Positions 9,932 to 20,472 of a stretch of DNA of 64,000 bases are shown one piece after another. The DNA lies in NCBI GenBank assembly GCA_965216635.1, contig OZ244188.1, forward strand, positions 480,001 through 544,000. The letters run 5' to 3'. The stretch comes from a bacterium (GTDB lineage Bacteria > SAR324 > XYD2-FULL-50-16 > G965216635). Position 1 is the first letter of the stretch, and the number at the start of each line of letters is the position of its first letter. The notes below the pieces were generated by a model. It was not told the origin of the DNA, did no database searches, and worked only from the letters and a program-made list of their open reading frames with translations. The translations under genes were made by a program, and so were the position numbers.

Positions 9932-9932
9932 A

Positions 9933-10565
9933 ATGAAGATTATGGCAATTTTAAAAAAAAAAAAAATAACGGGTGAGGAATCAGGAGAGGTATTTTTTAA
10001 AGACGAAGTCCTTTTGAAAGAGGAACGTCCTTTTGAGGTGCAACAGGTAGTCAGACAATTTTTAGCTTCTCAGCACAGAGGAACGCACAAGGCAAAAACC
10101 CGTAGCGAAGTAAAAGGAAGTAGACGCAAACTTTTTAAACAAAAAGGCACAGGCAATGCTCGTGCTGGAGATGCAAAATCTCCTTTAAGAAGACACGGTG
10201 GCGTTGCTTTTGGACCTGTGGTGAGAAGTCATAACTTGAAGGTAAATAAAAAAGTGAAAAAAATCGCTCTTTCTTCCGTTTTATCTCAGTATATTCGTGA
10301 AAAAAAAATGCATGTTTTGGATAGTTTAGAACTCGGAACGCCCAAGACAAAAGAGGTATTTAAGTTGATGAAGACTATGAATTTAGACAAGGCTTTGTTT
10401 GTTTCACACGATTTTTCTTTGAATTTTGAACTTGCCTGTAGGAATTTACCCAATGCTAAATGTATATTAGATAGCAGCTTAGGTATTTATGATATTTTAA
10501 AATTTTCTAATCTTGTGGTTACAGAGCAGGCATTGAGAAACATCGAATCTAGACTTTTAGTATGA
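9933..10565 (+). CDS. rplD: 50S ribosomal protein L4
   Basis: GTHKAKTRSEV, QKGTGNAR, GGVAFGP; alternative start at 9942. Confidence 0.98.
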   Translation: MKIMAILKKKKITGEESGEVFFKDEVLLKEERPFEVQQVVRQFLASQHRGTHKAKTRSEVKGSRRKLFKQKGTGNARAGDAKSPLRRHGGVAFGPVVRSHNLKVNKKVKKIALSSVLSQYIREKKMHVLDSLELGTPKTKEVFKLMKTMNLDKALFVSHDFSLNFELACRNLPNAKCILDSSLGIYDILKFSNLVVTEQALRNIESRLLV

Positions 10566-10849
10566 GTGTCTACAAGCAATTGAAATCTCCTTATGTTACA
10601 GAGAAAACCAATTTAATAAAGGACGCAGAGAATAAATTTTGTTTTAAAGTAGATAAAAACACCAATAAGACAGAAGTGAAGAAAGCTGTTGAAAAGATAT
10701 TTTCTGTAAAAGTAGAAAAAATAGGAATTCTCAATATGCAAGGAAAAAAGAAAAGACTGGGCAAAAGTGAAGGCAAAAAACCAAGCTGGAAAAAAGCAAT
10801 TATTACTATAAAAAAAGGCGATAAAATAGGTATTTTTGAAGGAGCTTAA
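10562..10849 (+). CDS. rplW: 50S ribosomal protein L23
   Basis: PYVTEK and WKKAII. Confidence 0.98.
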   Translation: MSVYKQLKSPYVTEKTNLIKDAENKFCFKVDKNTNKTEVKKAVEKIFSVKVEKIGILNMQGKKKRLGKSEGKKPSWKKAIITIKKGDKIGIFEGA

Positions 10850-10856
10850 TGATAAT

Positions 10857-11125
10857 AAAATCTTTGCATTAGTGTTATGCTTACCTCACTATTGGGGCTA
10901 GCCAAATGGTTAGAAAAGTGCAAAAAAAATTCGGGTCGCTAAAATATCGTCTGAGCGGAATGCTACAAGACTTAAGTCTTCTACAAAAATAAAATGTAAA
11001 AGTGCCCAAAGGCACTTTTACTATAGCCCTTAGAGATAGATGGCAAAAGAAAAGTATTTCTGAGAGCTTCTGCAGGACAAATTTTTTTTTTAACGCTGTA
11101 TAGTTCTAAACAGAACACTAGTGCA
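10857..11125 (-). mobile_element. Palindromic element with cassette between rplW and rplB
   Basis: GGGGCTAGCCAAATGGTTAGAAAAGTGC arm; hairpin GTAAAAGTGCC-CAAA-GGCACTTTTAC. Confidence 0.8.
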
Positions 11126-11133
11126 TAATAATT

Positions 11134-11949
11134 ATGGCAATTAAACTTTATAAACCAACCACCCCTAGTCGTAGGGGTATGAGCGGAGATAGTTTTTCAG
11201 ACATTACTACTGCTAGTCCTGAGAAATCCTTAGTTTTCGGAAAAAAAAGAACTAACGGTAGGAATAATCTCGGTCGTATTACAGTGAGACATAGAGGCGG
11301 GGGACACAAAAGAAAGTATAGGTTGATTGATTTTAGAAGAGACAAACAAGATATTTTTGGAACGATTAAAACTGTAGAATATGATCCTAACCGTAATGCT
11401 TATATCTCTTTGGTTGTATACGAAGATGGAGAAAAAAGATATATTTTGGCTCCTAAGAAAATCAAATTGGGAGATAGAATTGTATATTCTCCGAATGCAG
11501 AAATCAAACCAGGTAACTGCCTGCCTTTAACGAATATTCCTGTAGGCACCCTGATACATAATATAGAGTTAAAACCGGGTAAAGGCGGTCAACTTTCTAG
11601 AAGTGCTGGTTGTAGTGCTAAACTTACTGCAAAAGAAGGGGCTACTGCTTTGATTAAATTACGATCAGGTGAGGTAAGAAAAATTTTGTCCCAATGTAAA
11701 GCTGTAATCGGAGAAGTAGGCAATGAGACTTATAGCTTGATTAACTGGGGTAAAGCTGGAAGAATAAGGTACAAAGGAATTCGTCCCACAGTAAGAGGAG
11801 TAGTTATGAATCCAGTGGATCACCCACACGGTGGCGGTGAAGGAAAAACAAGTGGTGGCAGACATCCTTGCTCTCCTTGGGGGTTTTCTGCAAAGGGAGC
11901 AAAAACTAGAAAGAATAAGAGAACGGACAAAATGATTTTAAGTAAATAG
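11134..11949 (+). CDS. rplB: 50S ribosomal protein L2
   Basis: EYDPNR and [13 protein letters not shown]. Confidence 0.99.
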   Translation: MAIKLYKPTTPSRRGMSGDSFSDITTASPEKSLVFGKKRTNGRNNLGRITVRHRGGGHKRKYRLIDFRRDKQDIFGTIKTVEYDPNRNAYISLVVYEDGEKRYILAPKKIKLGDRIVYSPNAEIKPGNCLPLTNIPVGTLIHNIELKPGKGGQLSRSAGCSAKLTAKEGATALIKLRSGEVRKILSQCKAVIGEVGNETYSLINWGKAGRIRYKGIRPTVRGVVMNPVDHPHGGGEGKTSGGRHPCSPWGFSAKGAKTRKNKRTDKMILSK

Positions 11950-12092
11950 AAAATTGCTAAATTAGGCATTATAGAAAAGCTAGACAAAGGATGATAAGTT
12001 TTTTATGACGAAGAATACTGGAGTATTTTGAGGAATAAAAAACTTGAGCAACTGCGTGTAGTCGAACTAGAATGTCTAATTCAACAGTCTCA
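11947..12092 (-). mobile_element. Palindromic element between rplB and rpsS
   Basis: ATTAGGCATTATAG...GAATACT-GG-AGTATTT...CGAACTAGAATGTCTAATTCAACAGTCTCA. Confidence 0.78.
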
Positions 12093-12104
12093 ATGAAAAT
12101 TTTT

Positions 12105-12389
12105 ATGAGTAGATCTGTCAAAAAAGGTCCTTTTGTGGACTCTCATCTTTTGAAGAAATGTGAAAAAGCACAAAAAACTGGTAATAAAAAATTGATAAAA
12201 ACTTGGTCTAGAAGATCTATGATTTTGCCAGATTTTGTGGGATTAAATATAGCCGTTCATAATGGCAATAAATTTATTCCTGTATTTATTAGTGAAAATA
12301 TTGTAGGACATAAACTAGGGGAATTTTCTTCTACTAGAACCTATCGTGGACATACTTCAAAAAGTGATAAAAGAGTTAAAACAAAATAA
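12105..12389 (+). CDS. rpsS: 30S ribosomal protein S19
   Basis: [10 protein letters not shown] and GHKLGEF. The ORF-track extension from 12072 is element-derived. Confidence 0.98.
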   Translation: MSRSVKKGPFVDSHLLKKCEKAQKTGNKKLIKTWSRRSMILPDFVGLNIAVHNGNKFIPVFISENIVGHKLGEFSSTRTYRGHTSKSDKRVKTK

Positions 12390-12730
12390 TGAAAAATATT
12401 ATTGCATCTGCTACACTAAAAAATATTAGAGTTTCTCCTAGGAAAGTAATGCTTGTTGCCGATGTTGTGAGAGGGAGAAAGGTTTATAATGTGCTTTCTT
12501 TTTTGGAGAATACCAGAAAGGCTGTAAATCCTTCACTGGCTAGACTTATCAAATCTGCGATGGCTAATGCACAACAAAAAGATAAAAATGTAGATGTAGA
12601 TAAACTAATGATTAGAATTATTAAAGTAGATAAGGGATTTATTTTGAAGAGAATGCGTCCTAGGGCTATGGGAAGAGGAGCTCTGATAAGAAAAAAGAGC
12701 AGCCATATTTATGTCGGATTAGGCTATTAA
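12389..12730 (+). CDS. rplV: 50S ribosomal protein L22
   Basis: SPRKV, SAMANA, PRAMGR. Confidence 0.98.
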   Translation: MKNIIASATLKNIRVSPRKVMLVADVVRGRKVYNVLSFLENTRKAVNPSLARLIKSAMANAQQKDKNVDVDKLMIRIIKVDKGFILKRMRPRAMGRGALIRKKSSHIYVGLGY

Positions 12731-13381
12731 ATGGGACAAAAAGTCAATCCCATAGGTTTTCGTCTAGGGGTAAATCAGAGATGGGTTTCTAACTGGTATA
12801 CAGATAAAGGGCATAAGGAATTTATTAATGAGGATGCTAAAATTCGTAAATTCTTAGCAAAACAAATTCAAGCTGCCGGTTTATCAAGAACAGAGATCAC
12901 TAGAGCTGGTAAGGATGATACAGGAAAAAATTTGCAGGTGATAGCTTATGTGGGTAGACCTGGCATGGTGTTTGGCAGAAAAGGAGAAAATTTAGACAAA
13001 GTAAAAAATTTACTACGCAAATATGTCAAGCAAGAAAAGCTAGAGCTTCTTATCAAAGAAGTCAAAAGACCGGAAACAGACGCTAAATTGATTGCTATTA
13101 ATGTAGCCAATCAACTGGAAAAAAGATTTTCTTTTCGCAGAGTGATTAAAAAGGCAATTCAAAATGCTCGTCGTTCTAGTGTAGCTGGTTGTAAAGTTAT
13201 GGTTAGCGGTAGGTTGAATGGTGCGGAAATGGCAAGAAAAGAATGGGTAAGAGAAGGAAGAGTGCCTTTGCACACTATCAAGCATTCTATAGATTATGCC
13301 ACCCACGAAGCGAAAACAACTTATGGTATTATTGGCGTAAAGGTGTGGGTTTTTCATGGGGATGAGAGGAGAAAAAAATAA
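12731..13381 (+). CDS. rpsC: 30S ribosomal protein S3
   Basis: MGQKVNPIGFRLG, SGRLNGAE, GRVPLHT. Confidence 0.99.
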   Translation: MGQKVNPIGFRLGVNQRWVSNWYTDKGHKEFINEDAKIRKFLAKQIQAAGLSRTEITRAGKDDTGKNLQVIAYVGRPGMVFGRKGENLDKVKNLLRKYVKQEKLELLIKEVKRPETDAKLIAINVANQLEKRFSFRRVIKKAIQNARRSSVAGCKVMVSGRLNGAEMARKEWVREGRVPLHTIKHSIDYATHEAKTTYGIIGVKVWVFHGDERRKK

Positions 13382-13398
13382 AAATCTAGTAAAAAATT

Positions 13399-13812
13399 AT
13401 GTTATTTCCATCTAAAACGAAATACAGAAAAAGAATGAGAGGACGTCTACAAGGCAATTCTACTCAAGGTAGTAAAATAGCATTTGGAGAATATGCAATT
13501 CAAGCTACTGGCAGAGGTTTTTTATCTTCTCGTCAAATAGAATCTGCTAGAAGAACTATTACTAGAACTTTGAAGAGATCGGGTAAGGTTTGGATTAGAG
13601 TTTTTCCTGATAAACCTATGACTATGCGAGCAGCAGAAACTAGAATGGGAAAAGGCAAGGGCTCTGTAGACCATTGGACATGTCCTGTAAAACCCGGCAG
13701 AATTCTTTTTGAATTAGAAAGTGAAAACGAGAAATTAGCAAGGAAAGCATTGGATTTAGCTCGTTATAAACTTTCTGTTAAAAGTAGTGTTACTTCTAGG
13801 AAGTGGCAATGA
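13399..13812 (+). CDS. rplP: 50S ribosomal protein L16
   Basis: WIRVFPDKP and RMGKGKG. Confidence 0.99.
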   Translation: MLFPSKTKYRKRMRGRLQGNSTQGSKIAFGEYAIQATGRGFLSSRQIESARRTITRTLKRSGKVWIRVFPDKPMTMRAAETRMGKGKGSVDHWTCPVKPGRILFELESENEKLARKALDLARYKLSVKSSVTSRKWQ

Positions 13813-14018
13813 AAACATTAGATTTCAGAAAACTCTCTATGAGTGAATTACAAAATAAAATAAAAGAATTAGAAGAAAAACTTTTTTCTTCTAGTTGTAC
13901 TGCCTCTATGGGAACTACTAGTGATACTTCTGTTTTACGCAAAAATAGGAGATTGATTGCTAGAGCAAAAACAATTATTAATGAAAAAATGAAAGATGAA
14001 ACAGCTCCAAAAAACTAG
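13809..14018 (+). CDS. rpmC: 50S ribosomal protein L29
   Basis: Position and RRLIARAKT motif. Confidence 0.92.
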   Translation: MKTLDFRKLSMSELQNKIKELEEKLFSSSCTASMGTTSDTSVLRKNRRLIARAKTIINEKMKDETAPKN

Positions 14019-14265
14019 AAAAAATAAAAAATTACGGCAAGGAGTTGTAGTGAGTACTTGTATGGAAAAAACGGCAACTGTTTTAGTAGAAAGGACTACT
14101 AAGCACCCGCTTTATAAAAAAACTATCAAGCTATCCAAAAAATTTTTATTCCACGACCCAGAAAATCTTTGTAATGTTGGAGATTTTGTACGAATTGTAG
14201 AATGCAAACCTGTTAGTAGAATGAAAAGATGGCGTTTGTTGAATGTGGTAAAGGTAGCCCAGTAA
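13996..14265 (+). CDS. rpsQ: 30S ribosomal protein S17
   Basis: GVVVS, HPLYKK, GDFVRIVEC.P.S..KRW. Confidence 0.98.
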   Translation: MKQLQKTRKNKKLRQGVVVSTCMEKTATVLVERTTKHPLYKKTIKLSKKFLFHDPENLCNVGDFVRIVECKPVSRMKRWRLLNVVKVAQ

Positions 14266-14276
14266 ATTAAATAGGA

Positions 14277-14430
14277 TAGACTTTTGAATTTGCATTCTGT
14301 TTAGCCTATGCAACGTTGAAAAAAAATTTTAACTCTTGCCAGTTGTGAAGAAATGCTCTTCAGTATTCCAGCGAGCTAAAAATTTTTTTCGCCTTGCCTA
14401 GCCGTAACATCAGCGAAATTCAAAGTTCTA
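14277..14430 (+). mobile_element. Palindromic element, basic 154-bp form, between rpsQ and rplN
   Basis: TAGACTTTTGAATTT...AAATTCAAAGTTCTA with TA at both ends. Confidence 0.88.
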
Positions 14431-14446
14431 TAGTATAAATTTTAAA

Positions 14447-14815
14447 ATGATTCAGATGCAAACCAGGTTGACAGTAGCAGATAATACTGGAGCCAAAGAG
14501 ATTATGTGTATTAAAGTTTTAGGGGGTTCTAAGCGGAGGTTTGCTGGTATAGGAGACTTAATTGTAGCTTCGGTAAAGCAGACTATACCTAATTCCAAAA
14601 TTAAAAAAGGTTCTGTCGTTAAAGCAGTTATTGTGAGGACGACAAAAGAAAAGAAGAGAGCAGATGGTAGTTCTATCCATTTTAATAATAATGCAGCTGT
14701 GATTATCAATCAAAAAAAAGAGCCTATTGGAACAAGAGTTTTTGGACCCGTTGCAAGAGAGTTGAGGGTCAAAAAATTTATGAAAATAGTCTCATTAGCA
14801 CCAGAAGTTTATTAA
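14447..14815 (+). CDS. rplN: 50S ribosomal protein L14
   Basis: [15 protein letters not shown] and [12 protein letters not shown]. Confidence 0.99.
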   Translation: MIQMQTRLTVADNTGAKEIMCIKVLGGSKRRFAGIGDLIVASVKQTIPNSKIKKGSVVKAVIVRTTKEKKRADGSSIHFNNNAAVIINQKKEPIGTRVFGPVARELRVKKFMKIVSLAPEVY

Positions 14816-14835
14816 GCCCAAATTTATTTAACAAG

Positions 14836-15147
14836 ATGAAATTTTTACTCAAACAAGGAGATTTAGTTCAAATAATTGCTGGAAAAGATAAAGGAAAAAC
14901 TGGTAAAATTCTTAGAATAGAAAGAAAAAAAAATAGAATTTTTGTAGAAGGTGCTGCTATTCAACAAAAACACCAGAAACCTACACAACAGGGTCAAAAA
15001 GGGAAAATCGTTAAAAAAGAAGGTCCCATCCATTATTCTAATGTTTTATTATACTCTGCTAAATCAAAAAAAGGAGAGAGAATTTGCACTGTTGGTGAAG
15101 GTAAGAATAAGAAAAGAGTTGTTATATCAGAAAAACCTGCTGCTTAA
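14836..15147 (+). CDS. rplX: 50S ribosomal protein L24
   Basis: KOW motif GD.V.IIAGKDKGK.G and IHYSNV. Confidence 0.98.
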   Translation: MKFLLKQGDLVQIIAGKDKGKTGKILRIERKKNRIFVEGAAIQQKHQKPTQQGQKGKIVKKEGPIHYSNVLLYSAKSKKGERICTVGEGKNKKRVVISEKPAA

Positions 15148-15151
15148 AAAA

Positions 15152-15712
15152 ATGATTCATTTAAAAGATACTTATAAAAAAATCTTTGTAGATTTTCAAA
15201 AGGAATTTCAAATAAAGAATATTTTTCAAGTTCCTAGACTGGAAAAGATTGTTTTGAATGTGGGAGCAGGTGAGGCTATTCATAACGCTAAGTGTTTAGA
15301 ACACATAGAAAATGACTTAAAATTGATTTCCGCACAAAAACCTGTGATCACTAGAGCAAAAAAATCTATTGCTGGTTTTAAACTTCGTGAGGGTATGCCC
15401 ATTGGAGTGAAGGTGACTTTGAGAAGCCAAAAAATGGATTCCTTTTTGGAAAGGTTGGTTCACATTTGTCTACCACGATTAAAAGATTTTAGAGGTTTGT
15501 CTTTAAATGGGTTTGATAAGAAAGGGAATTATACATTAGGCTTAAGAGAACAGCTTATTTTTCCAGAAATCATTTATGATAATATAGATAAAATTAGAGG
15601 AATGAGCATTAGCTTTGTCACAACGGTGCAAGATACAAAAAAAGCTTTTTTTTTACTGAAAAAATTAGGACTGCCGTTTAAGGATGGAACAATAGAAAAT
15701 AAAAAAGGATAA
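15152..15712 (+). CDS. rplE: 50S ribosomal protein L5
   Basis: [29 protein letters not shown]. True start is most likely the ATG at 15152. Confidence 0.98.
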   Translation: MIHLKDTYKKIFVDFQKEFQIKNIFQVPRLEKIVLNVGAGEAIHNAKCLEHIENDLKLISAQKPVITRAKKSIAGFKLREGMPIGVKVTLRSQKMDSFLERLVHICLPRLKDFRGLSLNGFDKKGNYTLGLREQLIFPEIIYDNIDKIRGMSISFVTTVQDTKKAFFLLKKLGLPFKDGTIENKKG

Positions 15713-15897
15713 TGGCTAAAAAATCAATGATAGCAAAGTTTCAGAGAGGTTCTAAGTTTCCCGTACGAAATAGAAATAGATGTTTACAGTGCGGTAGAGC
15801 TAGGAGTTATATACGGCAATTTGGTTTGTGTCGAATTTGTTTTAGAAAAAATGCAAACTTTGGTTTTATACCAGGTGTTAAAAAAATAAGTTGGTAA
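15712..15897 (+). CDS. rpsZ: 30S ribosomal protein S14, zinc-binding (type Z)
   Basis: 61 aa with CxxC...CRIC. Confidence 0.97.
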   Translation: MAKKSMIAKFQRGSKFPVRNRNRCLQCGRARSYIRQFGLCRICFRKNANFGFIPGVKKISW

Positions 15898-15898
15898 T

Positions 15899-16303
15899 AT
15901 GTCTTTAAGTGACCCTATTGCTGATCTGCTAACAAGAATTAGGAATGCTTGTCTTAGAAAACATAAGGTAGTAAGCATACCTTTTTCTACGATTAAGGAG
16001 AATATAGCGAAACTTCTTTTAAATGAAGGTTTTATAACTTCTTTTAAAATAATGAAACAGCAAAAAATAGAACAAAATTTTATTGAGATAGAATTAAAAT
16101 ATAATGAGAATCAAAATTCTGTGATTCGTAAAATTAAAAGAATATCGCGACCTGGATTGAGAATCTATAAAGGTTCTTCTGAACTTATGCCTCAGCTAGG
16201 CGGCCAAGGTATATTTATTATTTCTACCTCAAAAGGACTTTTATCGGATGCAGAATGTAGACAGAAAGGAATAGGTGGAGAAGTTCTCTGTTTAGTTTAT
16301 TAA
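15899..16303 (+). CDS. rpsH: 30S ribosomal protein S8
   Basis: DPIADLLTRIRN, SRPGLRIY, STSKG. Confidence 0.99.
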   Translation: MSLSDPIADLLTRIRNACLRKHKVVSIPFSTIKENIAKLLLNEGFITSFKIMKQQKIEQNFIEIELKYNENQNSVIRKIKRISRPGLRIYKGSSELMPQLGGQGIFIISTSKGLLSDAECRQKGIGGEVLCLVY

Positions 16304-16307
16304 TGAG

Positions 16308-16871
16308 ATGGAAGTAAAAAATAGAATAGGAAGTAAGCCAGTTTTAAGAACTAGTTCAGTGCAACTGGATTATCGGAAAAATTCACTCAAAGTAAAGGGA
16401 CCTAAAGGGGAATTAGATATTAATATACCGCAACGGTTTGATTTGAAAATTGATGAAAGCTCCATTTCAGTAGTTCCGATTGTTATGGGAACGATAAAAA
16501 AAAAAGAAATTAAAGATTTGCAAGGCACTTTGAGGCAGATTATTTTTAATATGGTAGAAGGTGTCTCTAATGGTTTTGAGAAAGTTTTACTACTGAAAGG
16601 AATAGGTTATAAAGCCCAGGTGGAAGGAGAAAAACTGATTCTTAATTTAGGCTATTCACTCCCTATTGAATATGCTATTTCTAAAAAAGTTCAGGTTACA
16701 GTGGATAAGAATGTAAAAATAGTCCTTTCTTCTTGTGATAAACAAGAGTTAGGGCAGGTAGCAGCTGAGATTAGAAGTTTGAGACCCCCAGAACCCTACA
16801 AAGGAAAAGGAGTGCATTATGAAGGAGAGCAGATTGTAAGGAAGATGGGTAAAACGGGTAAAAAAGAATAA
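16308..16871 (+). CDS. rplF: 50S ribosomal protein L6
   Basis: VKGPKGEL and RPPEPYKGKG. Confidence 0.99.
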   Translation: MEVKNRIGSKPVLRTSSVQLDYRKNSLKVKGPKGELDINIPQRFDLKIDESSISVVPIVMGTIKKKEIKDLQGTLRQIIFNMVEGVSNGFEKVLLLKGIGYKAQVEGEKLILNLGYSLPIEYAISKKVQVTVDKNVKIVLSSCDKQELGQVAAEIRSLRPPEPYKGKGVHYEGEQIVRKMGKTGKKE

Positions 16872-16873
16872 GA

Positions 16874-17028
16874 TAGACCTTTGAATTTCGCTGATGTGAC
16901 GGCTAGCCAAATGGTTAGAGCAGGTGCGAAAAAAAATTTTTAGCTCGTAGGAATACTGAAGTATTTCAAGAGTTGAATTTTTTTTGCCTTGTTTAGACTT
17001 TGTCTAATGCCTAATTCAGAAATTTCTA
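16874..17028. mobile_element. Chimeric palindromic element between rplF and rplR
   Basis: TAGACCTTTGAATTTCG start. The left half is a reverse-complemented right arm of one subtype; the right half is the right arm of another subtype. Confidence 0.8.
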
Positions 17029-17045
17029 AGAATTTTAAAAAACAA

Positions 17046-17414
17046 ATGAAAAAAATTATTCAGAAAAAATTAAAAAGAGCCAAAAGTAAAAGAAAACAGT
17101 TTGTTTCTAAAGGTGTAGAAACTAGACCTCGGATTACTGTGTATCATAGTTTGAAGCATTTGAGCGCTCAAGCAATAGATGATACGAACCATAGAACTTT
17201 ATGTGGAGTTTCTACTACCCAAAAACAGCTGCAAGCAAAAATGGGAGGTAAATTTTGCAATAGTAAAACCTCAGCTTATATCGGGAAAGTTTTTGGAGAA
17301 AAACTCAAAGAGCTTAAAATAGAAAAGGTTGTTTTTGATAGAAATGGCTATATCTACCGAGGCAATATTAAAGCCTTAGCAGATGCAATTAGAGAAACTG
17401 GAATTAAGTTTTAA
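17046..17414 (+). CDS. rplR: 50S ribosomal protein L18
   Basis: RPR, AQAIDD, VVFDRNGY.Y.G. Start at ATG 17046; the upstream extension is element-derived. Confidence 0.97.
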   Translation: MKKIIQKKLKRAKSKRKQFVSKGVETRPRITVYHSLKHLSAQAIDDTNHRTLCGVSTTQKQLQAKMGGKFCNSKTSAYIGKVFGEKLKELKIEKVVFDRNGYIYRGNIKALADAIRETGIKF

Positions 17415-17930
17415 ATGAGAAAATCAGAGAATAGACATCAAGAAAAGAAATTTATAGAACGGGTAGTTAAGATTCGTCGCGTCACAAAAGTTGTTAAAGG
17501 TGGCAGAAGGTTTGGCTTTAGCACCTTTGCTGTTGTAGGTGATGGCAAGGGTAGTGTAGGTATGGGACTTGGCAAAGCTCTAGAAATATCGGAATCTGCG
17601 AAAAAAGCGATTGCGATTGCTACTAAAAGTATGAAAAGCTACAGTCTTTTTAAAACCACAATACCTCACGAAGTTGTTGGTTATTTTTGCGGAGGAAAAG
17701 TACTCTTAAAACCAGCAGCACCCGGTAGCGGAATCATTGCAAATGGTTCAGCTAGAATGGTTATGGAAGCTATCGGAATCAAAGATATTAACATCAAAGC
17801 TTTGGGATCTAGAAATCCTCATAATGTAGTGAAGGCTACTATTCAGGGTCTGTCTCAACTAAGATCCTTTGATGAGACAGCAAAGCTTAGAGGGAAAGAT
17901 ATTAAGGAAGTCTGTTTAGTCAACTATTAG
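17415..17930 (+). CDS. rpsE: 30S ribosomal protein S5
   Basis: RVTKVVKGGR, VVGDG.G, PAAPGSG. Confidence 0.99.
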   Translation: MRKSENRHQEKKFIERVVKIRRVTKVVKGGRRFGFSTFAVVGDGKGSVGMGLGKALEISESAKKAIAIATKSMKSYSLFKTTIPHEVVGYFCGGKVLLKPAAPGSGIIANGSARMVMEAIGIKDINIKALGSRNPHNVVKATIQGLSQLRSFDETAKLRGKDIKEVCLVNY

Positions 17931-17942
17931 AGTCGTATAAAA

Positions 17943-18494
17943 ATGTTATCGCAACTACAAGTTCCAGCAAATTCTAAAAAGAAAAAAAAAAGATTGGGTA
18001 GAGGTTGTGGTTCTACTTTAGGAAAAACTTCAGGTAGAGGTCACAAGGGACAAAACTCTCGTTCTGGGGGTGGGGTTCCAGTCGGTTTTGAAGGAGGGCA
18101 ATTACCAATTTACATGAGATTGCCTAAACGAGGTTTTTTTAACCCTTTTAGAGTCGAAAATATAGCTATCAATCTGGATGCTATTATAAAAAATAAAAAG
18201 CTAGATAAATCTAAACTAGTAGATAGAACTGCTCTTATCAAAGCTGGAATTATTAGCTCTAATGATAAAAACCCCATTAAGCTATTGGCAGGAAAATCAT
18301 CAATAGAGGGAGATTTATTAGAAAAAATGAGTTTTCAATTGGACGCTGTGAGCAAGCAAGCTAAAGAAAAAGTAATGCAAAACAAAGGCACTGTGGAACT
18401 CACTCAAAAAAAAGAGAAAAAAAGTTTTAAAAAAAATAAGAAAGTAGTAAGCCAAGTAACCTCTGGAGATAAAAAAACAGCAAATAAAAAATAA
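17943..18494 (+). CDS. rplO: 50S ribosomal protein L15 with Lys-rich C-terminal extension
   Basis: [11 protein letters not shown] and FEGGQLP. Confidence 0.98.
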   Translation: MLSQLQVPANSKKKKKRLGRGCGSTLGKTSGRGHKGQNSRSGGGVPVGFEGGQLPIYMRLPKRGFFNPFRVENIAINLDAIIKNKKLDKSKLVDRTALIKAGIISSNDKNPIKLLAGKSSIEGDLLEKMSFQLDAVSKQAKEKVMQNKGTVELTQKKEKKSFKKNKKVVSQVTSGDKKTANKK

Positions 18495-18499
18495 ATTTT

Positions 18500-19810
18500 A
18501 TGTTAAATGTTATCCGTAGTATTTTTAAAGTAGAAGACTTAAGGAATAGGGTTTTATTTACCCTATTGATTTTGGTTTTCTTTAGAGCTGGCACCCATAT
18601 TCCTATACCAGGAATAGATAGGGAAGCGCTTGGGGAACTCTTCAACTCTCAAATAGGCAATATTCTTTCTTTTTTTAACACCTTTTCTGGAGGGGCTTTA
18701 AGAAATCTCAGTATTTTTGCATTGGGCATTATTCCCTACATTAGTGCCTCTATTATTATGCAGATTATGACAGCCGTAGTTCCTAGATTGGAAAAATTAG
18801 CTCAAGAAGGCGACGATGGACGTCGTAAAATTTCTCAATATACAAGGTACCTCACTATGATTTTGAGTTTAATACAAGGGTTTGGAATAGTATCTGGTAT
18901 TGCCAATATTACTACTCCTACAGGTCAAGCTATTGTAGTAACAAACTTGAGTTATAATTATTTTTTAATTAGTTCTTTAATCACTTTAACAGCGGGAACT
19001 GCTTTTGTGATGTGGATGGGAGAAAAAATAAACGAAAGAGGAATAGGAAATGGTATGTCTATTATTGTATTTACTGGAATTTTAGCAGACATTCCTTTAG
19101 CGCTTGTGCGGACTTTTGAGTTGTTTCAAACAGGTGAATTAAGTGCTTTTATTATTATTTTAATCGCTATTTTAATGATAGTGATTGTGTGGGGTATTGT
19201 TTTTGTAGAATCTGCAGAAAGAAAAATACCTATTAACTACGCTAAAAGAGTGATTAAAAATAGAATTTATGGCGGACAATCTTCTTTTTTACCTTTAAAA
19301 GTCAATGTCTCAGGTGTTATTCCGCTGATTTTCGCATCTTCTTTATTAGCTTTTCCTTCTTCACTGACTGCTTTTGTTAGCACACCGTGGGTGCAATCTT
19401 TTGGGCAACAATTAGTGCCTGGTCGCTTGTTATACAATTTTGTATTTTCTATATTGATTTTCTTTTTCTGTTTTTTTTATGTAGCTATACAATTCAATCC
19501 TTTAAAGATTTCAGAAGATTTAAAACAGGGTGGAGGCTTTATTCCAGGGGTAAGACCCGGTCAAAAAACAGCGGATTACTTGAATTTGATACTAACTAGA
19601 ATTACTTTTGGAGGAGCTGTTTATTTGTGTGTTGTTAGTATTGTGCCAAGTTTTTTATATTCTTCTTTTAGTCTACCTTTCTTTTTTGGAGGAACAGCCT
19701 TGCTGATTGTAGTCAGTGTTGCCTTAGATACGGCGAAGCAGGTAGAGACATTTTTAATCTATCAAAATTATGAAGGTTTTATTAAGAAAAGTAGAAAGAG
19801 AAGGTATTGA
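18500..19810 (+). CDS. secY: Preprotein translocase subunit SecY
   Basis: SIFALGIIPYISASII, GIGNGMS, IPGVRPG; multiple TM helices. Confidence 0.99.
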   Translation: MLNVIRSIFKVEDLRNRVLFTLLILVFFRAGTHIPIPGIDREALGELFNSQIGNILSFFNTFSGGALRNLSIFALGIIPYISASIIMQIMTAVVPRLEKLAQEGDDGRRKISQYTRYLTMILSLIQGFGIVSGIANITTPTGQAIVVTNLSYNYFLISSLITLTAGTAFVMWMGEKINERGIGNGMSIIVFTGILADIPLALVRTFELFQTGELSAFIIILIAILMIVIVWGIVFVESAERKIPINYAKRVIKNRIYGGQSSFLPLKVNVSGVIPLIFASSLLAFPSSLTAFVSTPWVQSFGQQLVPGRLLYNFVFSILIFFFCFFYVAIQFNPLKISEDLKQGGGFIPGVRPGQKTADYLNLILTRITFGGAVYLCVVSIVPSFLYSSFSLPFFFGGTALLIVVSVALDTAKQVETFLIYQNYEGFIKKSRKRRY

Positions 19811-20472
19811 ATATGGTAGTATTATTTTTGGGAGCTCCTGGATCAGGCAAAGGTACTCAATCAAAGACATTTAGCGTAGATTTGAATATAGCCCATCTAT
19901 CTACAGGTGATATGCTAAGAAAGGAGGTAAAAAAAAAAAGTAAATTGGGAAGAATAGCAGAAGAATATATGAATACGGGAAAGTTGGTTACAGATGAATT
20001 GATGATTGATTTAATTAAACACAGAATCATTGAAAAAGATTGTGAGAATGGATTTATTTTAGATGGATTTCCTAGAAATTTAGTACAAGGTAAAGCTGTA
20101 GATAAACTACTACTAGAAAACAACTTGTCTTTTTCAAAAATTATTTTTTTAGATGTAAAAAAGGAGGTTTTGATAGAGAGGTTGACTGGAAGATATACCA
20201 ATCCAAAAACAGGAACAGTCTATCATAAAAAATACAATCCACCTTTAAGAGACGGATTTTGCGATTTAGATGGTACAAAATTGATTATTAGAGAAGATGA
20301 TAAAGAAGAAAAAATAATAGAACGATTAGATGTCTATGAAAAAGAGACCTTGCCGTTGATAAAGTATTATGAAAAAAATAAAAATTTATCAAGAATTGAA
20401 GCGAGTGGTACTATTGATGATATTAGTGAAAAAATTTTGAAAGAATTATATCAAGATGACAAAAGAAAGTAA
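19807..20472 (+). CDS. adk: Adenylate kinase
   Basis: [22 protein letters not shown]. Confidence 0.98.
   Translation: MNMVVLFLGAPGSGKGTQSKTFSVDLNIAHLSTGDMLRKEVKKKSKLGRIAEEYMNTGKLVTDELMIDLIKHRIIEKDCENGFILDGFPRNLVQGKAVDKLLLENNLSFSKIIFLDVKKEVLIERLTGRYTNPKTGTVYHKKYNPPLRDGFCDLDGTKLIIREDDKEEKIIERLDVYEKETLPLIKYYEKNKNLSRIEASGTIDDISEKILKELYQDDKRK

Noticed and set aside
12072..12104. N-terminal extensions of rpsS, rplR (16989), the ABC ATPase (31524) and GldG (36321)
   Set aside because: The upstream starts fall within element ends; family homology begins at downstream ATGs.
14951..15151. N-terminal extension of L5 (253-aa ORF)
   Set aside because: It overlaps rplX in another frame; L5 homology starts at ATG 15152.
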